A stretch of DNA of 64,000 nt, taken from positions 5,146,001 to 5,210,000 of the forward strand of contig CM097884.1 in NCBI GenBank assembly GCA_044892505.1. The letters run 5' to 3'. The DNA is from Schmidtea nova (lineage: Eukaryota). The notes beneath the pieces were generated by a model. The model saw only the letters and a list, made by a program, of their open reading frames with translations, was not told the origin of the DNA and did no database searches. Position 1 is the stretch's first letter. Every line of letters starts with the position of its first letter. Below are positions 24,381 to 35,059 of this stretch, piece by piece. The translations under genes were made by a program, and so were the position numbers.

Positions 24381-25631
24381 TTTTTAATAGTTTAAATTAA
24401 GAGCAAACGTGTTATTTAACAATAGTATATGATGTTCTTGTCACTGTAAAAAAGATAATGCTTATTTTAAAATAAATAAATTAATGTTTTATTTTTTAAT
24501 AAAAGAATCTCAGTAATTTAAAAATAAATAGATTGGGGTTAATAAGATAGTTACATATATATTACAAATATTACATATTCAGGTTAGATAATTAACATAT
24601 GTGTACATATACATCGATATGTACATAAAAAACCTTTTTTAATTTTTGGATAATTTTGTTGGTCTACCCCTTAATAAAGTCCGCTCCAAATATTTTTGAT
24701 TATCATTATTTATTTATCTAGTTTCATCTAATAGTGATTTGGAATAAAAAATAAATATGCATATTACATATAATTTCTAATTTTTTTATTCTTTATTTTT
24801 ATTCTTACGTGTGGTCTTTTATCTTAATCACAAGTTGATTGGTGGTCGCAGAATTGTTTTCATGTGGTGCATATATAATATACATTGCACATGTTTGTCA
24901 TGTAGACTCCATTTGATTATCCAATTTTAATGAATTAACCCAATTTTCATTTAAATAAATAAATAAAAAATAAAATAATATTGAATAAAAATAATTATTA
25001 AATAAATAAATAGGAATTAATAAGAATAATTAATATAAATATAAATAAATTTGTATAATTAAATAAAATAATAAGGCAAAATTTATTTACAATAATTAAT
25101 TTATTAAATCTGCTTCTAACAAAATTATGTTTATTATTTATGGTACACTTTATTTATTAAATAATAAAAATTTTAAAAAATACTTAAGCAAAGAATTATT
25201 TTATTAGAATTAATTTTATTTATAATTTTTAACTACTTACAATTATAAGTAGTAATTTTTAAAAATAAAATTTAAAAAAATTTTTTTAATGCGACAGACA
25301 GAGACAGTCGCGAATTAGTATTATAGATAATTGAAAACTTCATTTTCAAATAGTTATATAACAGATATAGCAGGATTACACAAACATTAATGAAATTTGT
25401 TTACTAGATTACTTCGAATTTAAAGATATCAAACAAAAATTAGTAATAAATAATATTATTTTGGACTTATATATTTTCTGAACTTTAATAGGGGACACAT
25501 CTTAATGTCATTTCTATTACATAATTATATTATATTATTTAATTAAATGATTATGCAATAACATATATTAAAAATACAAATAACAAAAGACTAATACAAT
25601 ATAATTTCCATATAAAATATTGAACAATTAC

Positions 25632-26130
25632 AATCATAATTATTGCATGCATAATAATCTGATCCCATCAAACTTAGCAATTTGGTTCCTCCCTAAACAC
25701 ATTTAAAAATATTTAAAACATTTATTCCAAAATTTTTGATTATTTTTTCTATTATTGGTTTTAACATAAAAATAGTAATAATAATAATAATAATAACAAT
25801 TATATATATTCTACAGAAAACACGAGGGGTTTAAAGAAAGTTTATAATATTCTATTAATTTAGCCAAAGATGATTATAATCCAAGAGGATTACCAGATCA
25901 TTTATCCTAAAAACTATTCTAAAATATTTCAATGAGTTACCAGTTAGATTTTTGGAATCGACTTTAAATTATATAATAAATTATAATAAATTATATAATA
26001 AATTAAAGATTAAATTATATTAAAGAAAATTTTTTAATTCAACATTTAGTAATGATAAATGTTTTCTTTGCCCATAAAAAGTCAGTTTCTAATTTATATT
26101 TACCTGTCGTCAGGGTCGCATGTAGTGGCA
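25632..26130 (-). CDS. Candidate micro-exon chain of an unknown host gene (27, 21, 13, 61 nt)
   Basis: Exons 26104-26130, 25941-25961, 25894-25906 and 25632-25692 all have AG/GTAA boundaries and join in one open frame: ATTCDPDDSRFQKSNWINDLGGTKLLSLMGSDYYACNNYD. The model needs a 34-bp intron and was fitted by eye. Confidence 0.3.
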
Positions 26131-26357
26131 CTGTTCAATCATATATTAAATTACAAAAAATTAAAAATTGTTTTGTAAAAAGTTGTTGTTTTAAATTGTA
26201 AACAAAAAAAAGTTTGAAAAATTTGAAATAAAGATATTGACTCCATTTTAATTATTTTATTATGCAGAATTTTAAACCGAGTTTAACCATAATAGTTAAT
26301 AATAATTATTAAGTACTGTGATTATTTAATTCTGTAAATAAATTATTATTTCCATAA

Positions 26358-26789
26358 ATGTATCATGCAAAACGTTTGAACCATTTTGATAAGAATTTAG
26401 ATAAAGAGGACAAAATTCTTTGTCAATTTCTTTTGATAGAAATAAGAAACAATAATTACAGTTTCTTGTCAATATTTGAAGAACTCAAGCTTAAATACAA
26501 TGATCAAGATTCATTTTATCATTTATTGAATACTTTACATTTTCTCAATATAAATTTCCATTTCGTTGAACTGTGTTCTAACAATATTCCTATCAATTCC
26601 GATTATAATGATGAAAGAAAAAAGTTCATTGTCAAGCCATACAAAACTTGTACCGATAAAGAAATTGATTATTTATTAAAAAACATTTTCAAATTGAAAT
26701 ATGCATCATATTTAACATTACGAAAACTTTATCACATATTTGATTTTATTTCCAAAGAAAGGAATGATTTAATGAGAATTGATTTATGA
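26358..26789 (+). CDS. Orphan 143-aa ORF of unknown function
   Basis: ATG-initiated, stop-free 432 bp in extremely AT-rich DNA; no motif recognised. Confidence 0.4.
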   Translation: MYHAKRLNHFDKNLDKEDKILCQFLLIEIRNNNYSFLSIFEELKLKYNDQDSFYHLLNTLHFLNINFHFVELCSNNIPINSDYNDERKKFIVKPYKTCTDKEIDYLLKNIFKLKYASYLTLRKLYHIFDFISKERNDLMRIDL

Positions 26790-28019
26790 ATTTTGCAGTT
26801 GATAAGGAGTCGAATTCACGGCAAATGGATGTTCACGAGGAGTCGATGGCGAATACAATTTTCGAACGTTTCGCGAAGGCGCACTATGCCCGAAACGCTT
26901 CACCGGATTTACAATTTTGGGAGCCCTAGTCCAACAAATATTTGAGGCCCCATTTTGAAAAATAAAAAATATTTCTAAGTTTTTAAATTCAAAAATATAT
27001 TACAACTTTAATATAATTCAAGATTTTATTTCAATTTGTAAAAAATATTGTTTACAATCTACATAATCTTTTTTCTGTATTTTTCATCAACAAAATCGTT
27101 AACCAATGAATCAAAATCAATCGACTTCATTTTGTCAGCATTACTTGATAATAATGCAAAATTAGTTAACGTTTTTTGTGACAAAGTTGATCGCAAATCA
27201 TTTTTCGTTAATTTTAATTTTGAAAATGACCTCTCTCCAGAGCAGTTGGATATCATGAAACATGAAAATTCTCAGAACTATCTCGGTATTAGGAAATGCA
27301 GCCTCCATTTGTTTTTCTTTAATAAATTTGTTCAAATCCAAATGGGACAATTGAGGAGCTTGAGTATTGAAATGATCTTTCAAATAAAGATGAAGATGTT
27401 CGATTTCTGCGTATAAATTTTCGTCAATGTCTTCTGCGTAGTCTTCCCCCAGACGGTCAACACAAATCTTCAGTTTATCTTTATTGATTTTTGTGTCTTT
27501 TAAAAATCCAAATTTGTCATTCAATTCCATGTAGCATTGGGCTCTTTCTTTCAAATTTGTAGTGAGATCATTGATGATTTTTAAGAAAACATTTGTCTTA
27601 AACTCTTCACGTGGACTCAACTGGGTTTCTTCTGAGCGATTTTCACCTGAAAGCTCTTTTCTTTTACGTCGTCTCTTTTCTAAATAACCAGTGTCTGATA
27701 ACAGCAATTTAGCATCTTGTTCTATTAAATCGAAATTTTCAGTTATTCCAATAAGATAATCACCAAGAGATGAATAAAGTTCAGAACATGTATCCAGAGT
27801 AATAGTTACACTTTGCAATGATTTGGAAACTGCATTCATTCGTTGAAAAATTTGATACCACATTACTATTTGAGTAGGTAGAAGTGTGGAGCCGGAAACA
27901 AAGACATTATGACTCATCGATGACTCATAACAAAGAACCCCCCCCCCGGGGGGTTGGTAGGAATTTTTTTTATGACTCATCGCGATGACTCATCGATGAC
28001 GTCATCGATGACTCATTTC

Positions 28020-29220
28020 AAATTTGAATTTCCAAAGGTCAAACAAGGTCAAACCTTCAAACAAGGGTATCATTCGAAAGGTCTTGGAAAGGTCTATCCA
28101 ATGGTCATACCCTTGAAGGTTTATGGAGGGTCCTTGACCTTCGAAGGGTCAAAAACCTTCAACCTTTTTTAAACCTTATAATATATATATCAAACAAAAG
28201 GTAATTGAGAGGTAAGTAAGATGGTCATACCCTTGAAGGTCTATGGTGGGTGCTCAACCTTCAAAGGGTGCAAAACCTTCAACCTTTTTCAAACCTTGTG
28301 TGTAATACATCAAACAAAAGGTAATTGAGATGTGCACACAATGGTCATACCCTCGATGGTCTATGGTGGGTGCTCAACCTTCAAGGGGTCAAAAACCTTC
28401 AAACCTTATAAGTTATATATCAAACAAAAGGTAATTGTGAGATGTGTGTGTGTTACAATTTACAAAGGTAATTGAGAGGTAGGTATGCTGGTCATACCCT
28501 TGAAGGTGTATGGAGGGTCCTTGACCTTCGAAGGGTCAAAAACCTTCAACCTTTTTCAAACCTTATAATATATATATCAAACAAAAGGTAATTGAGAGGT
28601 AAGTAAGATGGTCATACCCTTGAAGGTCTATGGTGTGTGCTCAACCTTCAAGGGGTTAAAAACCTTCAAACCTTATAAGTTATATATCAAACAAAAGGTA
28701 ATTGAAATGTGCACACAATGGTCATACCTTCAAAGGTCATACCCTTGAAGGGTCCAAGGTTCAAATTTTTAAAACTATATAATATGTATATCAAACAAAA
28801 GGTAATTGAAGGGTGCACACAATGGTCATACCCTTAAGGGTCCAAGGTTCAAATTTTTAAAACTATATAATATGTATATCAAACAAAAGGTAATTGTGAG
28901 ATGTGTGTGCGTGTGTGTTACAATTTGCCAGAAGAGTGTGAGTGTGTGTGTTACAAATCCTTTTTTTCAAACCTTATAATATGTATATCAAACAAAAGGT
29001 AATTGAAATGTGCACACAATGGTCATACCTTCAAAGGTCATACCCTTGAAGGGTCCAAGGTTCAAATTTTTAAAACTATATAATATGTATATCAAACAAA
29101 AGGTAATTGTCAGATGAGTATGTGTGTGTTACAATTTGTCTGGCGAGTATGTTTGTGTGTGTGTGTTACAAATCCTTATTCAAACCTTATAATATACATA
29201 TCATTCGAAAGGTAATTATG
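28020..29220. repeat. Subterminal tandem array of ~100-130 bp units
   Basis: About 9-10 recurrences of TATCAAACAAAAGGTAATTG alternating with GGTCATACCCTTGAAGG and AAAACCTTCAA. Confidence 0.85.
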
Positions 29221-29388
29221 GTGTGTGTGCGTTATAATTTTTTCTATTTCCTACCTGAATTACAACAAAGACATTGCAATTCATGTGCAACGAAACAAAG
29301 ACATTGCAATCCATGTGCAACGAAACAAAGACTAATAAAACTTGTAATAATAATTTTTGCACACGTATCTTAGTGTTTAATAAGGATC

Positions 29389-29570
29389 ACAGTACACATT
29401 GAACGCGCGTGGAACGCGCGTTCTTCTCCTCTTGTTGTTTAAGACAAATAACAGTACGCATTGAACGCGCGTGGAACGCGCGTTCTTCTCCTCTTGTTGT
29501 TTAAGACAAATAACAGTACGCATTGAACGCGCGTGGAACGCACGTTCTTCTTCTCTTGTTGTTTAAGACA

Positions 29571-29572
<2 letters not shown>
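29389..29572. repeat. Three 62-bp tandem units, each with a CpG-rich hairpin
   Basis: Units start at 29389, 29451 and 29513; each contains GAACGCGCGT-GGA-ACGCGCGTTC (third copy has one mismatch). Confidence 0.9.
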
Positions 29573-29603
<31 letters not shown>

Positions 29604-29652
29604 TTATAAAAAATATAATAATAATAGAAACTTATAAAAAATATAATAATAA

Positions 29653-29698
<46 letters not shown>

Positions 29699-29936
29699 TT
29701 ATAAAAAATATAATAANNNNNNNNNNNNNNNNNNNNNNNNNNNNNNNNNNNNNNNNNNNNNNNNNNNNNNNNNNNNNNNNNNNNNNNNNNNNNNNNNNNN
29801 NNNNNNNNNNNNNNNNNNNNNNNNNNNNNNNNNNNNNNNNNNNNNNNNNNNNNNNNNNNNNNNNNNNNNNNNNNNNNNNNNNNNNNNNNNNNNNNNNNNN
29901 NNNNNNNNNNNNAATAATAATAGAAAATTATAAAAA

Positions 29937-29988
<52 letters not shown>

Positions 29989-30294
29989 TTATAAAAAATA
30001 TAATAANNNNNNNNNNNNNNNNNNNNNNNNNNNNNNNNNNNNNNNNNNNNNNNNNNNNNNNNNNNNNNNNNNNNNNNNNNNNNNNNNNNNNNNNNNNNNN
30101 NNNNNNNNNNNNNNNNNNNNNNNNNNNNNNNNNNNNNNNNNNNNNNNNNNNNNNNNAAACTTTTAAAAATATATAAATAGCATGCGAAAGATATTTGAGA
30201 TGTATGTATGTGTATATTTTCAAACCTTCAAGATGTCAAAATAAAATAATTAAACTACCACAACGTAATATATATTTATTTTCCTACCCATTTT

Positions 30295-30477
30295 GACATT
30301 GCAAAACAGATGCAAGTTAACAAAGACATTGCAAAACAGATGCAAGTTAACAAAGACATTGCAAAACAGATGCAAGTTAACAAAGACATTGCAAAACAGA
30401 TGCAAGTTAACAAAGACATTGCAAAACAGATGCAAGTTAACAAAGACATTGCAGTTGCAAGCCAAGTTAACAAAGAC
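30295..30477. repeat. 30-bp tandem array (5 perfect copies + 1 variant)
   Basis: Unit GACATTGCAAAACAGATGCAAGTTAACAAA. Confidence 0.95.
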
Positions 30478-30573
30478 AAGATGTCCAAAAAGACTAATTA
30501 TTAATCACAAAGTGCATTCTCTTAGCCAATGATAAAAATAAATTAAATGAAAATACATATATTTTGTATGACA

Positions 30574-31089
30574 TTATATGTATATCACATGATATTCATC
30601 AATATTAATACCACAAGACTCACACTTATCAATATTTTTTAAACATTTTGAACAAATAATGACATGTCCACAAGGTAAATATAAAATGCCAACTCTATTG
30701 ATATTACATATTGAACATGTGAGAAATCTTTGTTTGGTTTCTTCCAATTTCTTGGTTACATTTACCTCTAAAATATCCACATTCAGCATGAAAGTTCGAA
30801 TAATAGTACGATATTTTCCAAGTCGAAATTCCATACATGACCAGAAAATGGTATTCAAATTGAATTCAGTAGAATCGATATCATTAAGAATCATAATAAA
30901 ACTGGATAATTTCATCATGGATTTATCATATCCGAATGATTCTGTTAAACCAATTATTAATTTATTATTGAAGGATTTGAATAATTTTGAAAGAATGTCG
31001 ATATCGCATTTCTCAATCGATGTTAAAAGGTCATCAAGTATTAAAAAGGATTGGATCCAATTGTCCAAAGTAATGAAATTATCTGTAAC
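30574..31089 (-). CDS. RING-HC (IAP-type C-terminal RING) E3 ligase-like gene, exon 2
   Basis: Open frame from acceptor AAACTAG|GTT to stop. The C-terminus CSICNINRVGILYLPCGHVIICSKCLKNIDKCESCGINIDEYHVIYI is a C3HC4 RING with an IAP-like hydrophobic tail. No BIR domain. Confidence 0.8.
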   Translation of the reverse strand, partial: VTDNFITLDNWIQSFLILDDLLTSIEKCDIDILSKLFKSFNNKLIIGLTESFGYDKSMMKLSSFIMILNDIDSTEFNLNTIFWSCMEFRLGKYRTIIRTFMLNVDILEVNVTKKLEETKQRFLTCSICNINRVGILYLPCGHVIICSKCLKNIDKCESCGINIDEYHVIYI

Positions 31090-31133
31090 CTAGTTTAAAA
31101 TAATTAATTTAAATATATATTTTTAAAACTAAC

Positions 31134-31160
31134 TTTATTTGTTTCTTTATTCATTTTCAT
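31134..31160 (-). CDS. RING gene, putative exon 1 (MKMNKETNK)
   Basis: ATG..AAA|GTTAGT donor, 44-bp AT-rich intron (31090-31133), phase 0, giving a ~180-aa protein. Confidence 0.55.
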
Positions 31161-31329
31161 CAATCAATACTATTTACAAGTTGTATTTATATTGCAAAAA
31201 TCAACCAATTTAATAACCAAACATTTTATTGACCAACCAATGATTGAAAGTTTTGCTAAACTGTTACATTGAAATGATGATAAGTGACATTGAAAATTAG
31301 GTAACAGTATATTTATTATTAGAAATATG

Positions 31330-34300
31330 TTCAAGTAATGAGCTTTTGCACATCAAAACCATCACAGAATAGGTTCTGCTACTAGTGTTCTGCTCGCAAT
31401 GTTCTGCTACTAAATGTTCTCTCACTATGACAAATACATGAAAAGTTATTATACTATTGAGATAATCACACATATTATTCTTAAATTATAGTACAAATAT
31501 ATCAAAAATATATGAAATATACATTACATACTTGAAATATTATCACAAAGTATCATTACATACATGAAATAACATTATACTATTGTGCAAATTACATACA
31601 AAATATCATCATACTGCAATTACATCGAAAATCACCAAAATTATACACAAAATATGAAAAGTACATAGAAATTCGTCACATATAAAAACATTACATATAT
31701 GAACTATTATCAAAAATACATACAAAATACATATAAATTTATCACACACGTACAAAATATCACCATACTATAGTGAATAAATATACATACAAAATGTCTG
31801 AAATACAAACATACATAAAATATCATCTTACTATAGTTTGATAACATAGAAATACATGAAATATCCTCAAAATACAGAAACTTTCACAGATATATAGATT
31901 CATCATACAAAATATCATATATAAGAAATATCATTACAGATTATCACATGCATGAAATATTATTATAGTGCAAATTACATAGAAAATAGCAAAGATACAT
32001 GAAATATCATCACAAAATACACATAAAATTATAGGAAATTTTCACACTAGAAATAATAATAATAATAATCATAAAAAGAATATTATCACGCCAGTACAAA
32101 ATTATACAGAATATTATCACATTGAACAAAAGCTTATCATATATATGAAATATTATTATACTTTTATGTAAACTACAAAGAAAAATACAAACATATACAC
32201 AAAATATTATCACATTATAGTGTCTAAACATTGCAAATACTCACAAAATATGTGAAATATGACCATAAAATATCAAAGAATCACAAAGAAAATATATAAA
32301 AGATTATCATATTTTTGTTTGATAACATAAAAATACATTGAAATACATAAAAAATTATTAAAATGCATACAAGTATCATTACATACATGAAATATCATTA
32401 CACAAAATGTTATAACGCATGAAATATTACCATACAAAATATCAAAAGTACATAGAAATAAATCCTATACACAAAGGATATCATTACATATATGAAATAT
32501 CATCATACTTTAATACAAATACAGACAAAATATTATCATGCTATATTCCAAATACACTTAATATTAAAATAGAAATATCATGCATACATACATACATATG
32601 AAAAGTGGTCATGTTATAGTCAGTCAAATGCATGAATTATTATCATACTAGTGTAAAATACATATATAATATCAAAAAATGTATCATACATACAAAGGAT
32701 ATCATCACAAAGTATCAATACATACATTAAATATCATCACACTATAGTACAATTAAATAGATAATCATCAAAATATACAGAAATTAATCAATTTCACAAC
32801 AATACTCATTAAAGAAATATCTACATACTTGTGCAATTACATAATAAATATACAGAAATACCAAAATTATATGAAATATCATCACAAATATCAACACATA
32901 TGAAATATTATCATACATACACAAAGAATATAATAACATATTTAGAAAATTATCACATACAAAATATCAAAAGTCCATTACACATATAATTTAACAGTAA
33001 TAAATGTTTAATTAATGAGCTTTTGCACATAAAAACCATCACAGAATAGGTTCTGCTACTAGGGTTCTGTTCGCAATGTTCAGCTAGCAATGTTCTGCTA
33101 CTGAATAAATTTGATGAAAATGTAACAATGTATTATGAATGGAAATAAATCTCAATCATTACAGTAAATTCTACTTTAAAATGAGGTTGAATGCATGAAA
33201 TGTCATTATTCTATAGTGATAATACATGAAATACTCTTTAGATACATGACTTTAGATGCATCAAATATTATCTTACTATAGTTTGATAACATAGAAAAAA
33301 TAAATAGAAATCATCAAAATTATACAAAATATTAAAAAAAAAATATTAAATTAAATATCATCATAAAGTACATAGAAAATCATCAAAAATACACAGAAAT
33401 TCATCAAATTCACAACAATAATCATTAAAGAAATATCTACGTACTAGTGTCATTACATAAAAAATATCTGAAAATTTAAGATATATCATCACAAATATCA
33501 ACACACATATGAAATATTATCATATACAAAGGATATAATCACATACAAAGGTTCATTACACATACAAAATATAATATATCAACATACCTTAATGTAACAG
33601 TAATAATTGTTCAAGTAATGAGCTGTTGCACATAAAAACCATCACAAAAGATGTTCTGATACTAGGGTTCTGCTACTAAATGTTCTGCTAGTCATGTTCT
33701 GCTACTGTAAAAAAATTAATGAAAGTTATATGAATGGAAATAAAACTATCATCATACTATAGTGCAAATACATTAAAATATTCACAAAATGATATTAGAT
33801 GCATCAAATATTATCTAACTATAGTTTGATAACATATTAAAAATAGATCATTTGAAATGTCATCACAAAATACATAGATATTCATGTACAAAATATCACA
33901 AAATATCACAAATACAATAGAAACACATATCAAATATATATGAAATGTCATCACAAAGTATCATTAAATATATGAAATATCATAATTCTACAGCGTAATT
34001 ACAAGAAAATCTCCACAAAATATCACAAATACAATAAAATTCATCAAAAATACATAGCAATTCATCAAACAACAAATATTCACATAATAATTCTCATTAA
34101 AAGTGTATCAGTAAATGTAATATGCTTTCACAATTTTTCTGTTACATTGATCGAAGCTCATATGCTAATGATTGTTATTTTAGTATATGTGTGAATAATA
34201 ATAAGCTTTTGCACATAAAAACCATCACAAAAGATGTTCTGTTACTAAAGGTTCTATCCGAAATGTTTTGCTAGTGGATAAATTTAATGAAAATTATACG

Positions 34301-34500
34301 AGTGACAATAAATTGTTAGAGTAAATTCTACATTAAAATGAAGAAAACCGATAGAAAATATTAATTGGTGAAAATATTAGAACAAATGATGCTGAATGAA
34401 TTGTAATAAATGTTCGAGTAATAAGCTTTGGCAGATAAAAACCATCACAGAATAGGTTCTGATTCTAAAGGTTCTGTTCGAAATGTTCTGCTAGCATGAA
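31330..34500. repeat. Low-complexity ATATCATCACAAAATAC-rich region punctuated by five copies of a conserved ~85-95 bp motif
   Basis: Motif TAATRAGCTTTTGCACATAAAAACCATCACA(G/A)AA..GTTCTG(CTACTAG) at ~31333, 33011, 33611, 34196 and 34414. Confidence 0.8.
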
Positions 34501-34834
34501 ATTAATATCATAAAATTATAGTCTGTGACAAAATAATATGTTGAAATAGTTATTGGAAATATATAGTCTGTGACAAAATAATGATTGGAAATATATAGTT
34601 TGTGACAAAATAATAATTATTGGAAATACGCGCAAATAAATAAATTAAAATAATATCAAACTGTACATCATAGTTTTAATTTCTTGTAAAAAACAATGCG
34701 GGTTATCAAAATTCATGTTCTAAATAAAATTTTACAATTTAAAATACCACAACGTAAAATATTTATAAAGTACCACAACGTAATAAAAGTTGGTATATAT
34801 CTATTACAATTTTATAAGTAATTCATTTTAAACC

Positions 34835-35059
34835 ATGAATTCTGAACACTATAATGATAATCAAGTTAAAGAACCTATTTCAGTAAATGGAGTTTCGATG
34901 CCTGAAAGTCCTAAACTTTCAAGTAAACGTACAAGTAAATTTATATTTATTTTTATAAAGTTATTTTTATAATATTTATTAGAAAAATATAAAGAAATTA
35001 ACAGTCCAATTGAAGAATTACAGAACCTAATAAATTCTTACTTGGACTCTTTGTTATGA
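34835..35059 (+). pseudogene. Spliced Polinton gene truncated by the right TIR
   Basis: Exon 34835-34934 (MNSEHYNDNQVKEPISVNGVSMPESPKLSSKRT), 48-bp GT-AG intron, then an in-frame exon (KYKEINSPIEELQNLINSYLDS) that runs into the TIR at 35048 and stops. Confidence 0.55.

Noticed and set aside
26860-26900. CGTTTCGCGAAGGCGCACTATGCCCGAAACG as a hammerhead
   Set aside because: It has a stem and GAAAC but no CUGANGA-like core in the right position.
29699-30223. ORFs with X, Y, I or N runs (also 18533-18870, 38244-38543, 45982-46203, 53893-54215)
   Set aside because: They arise from N gaps and (TA)n/(AAT)n microsatellites.
30295-30477. 30-bp array as a CRISPR or a repeat protein (ORFs at 30250-30532)
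   Set aside because: There are no unique spacers, and the four short ORFs on both strands are by-products of a stop-free repeat unit whose length is a multiple of three.
31330-34500. Repeat-spacer pattern as a CRISPR-like array
   Set aside because: Repeats are ~90 bp and degenerate, spacers are hundreds of bp of self-similar low-complexity DNA, there are no cas genes and the context is eukaryotic.
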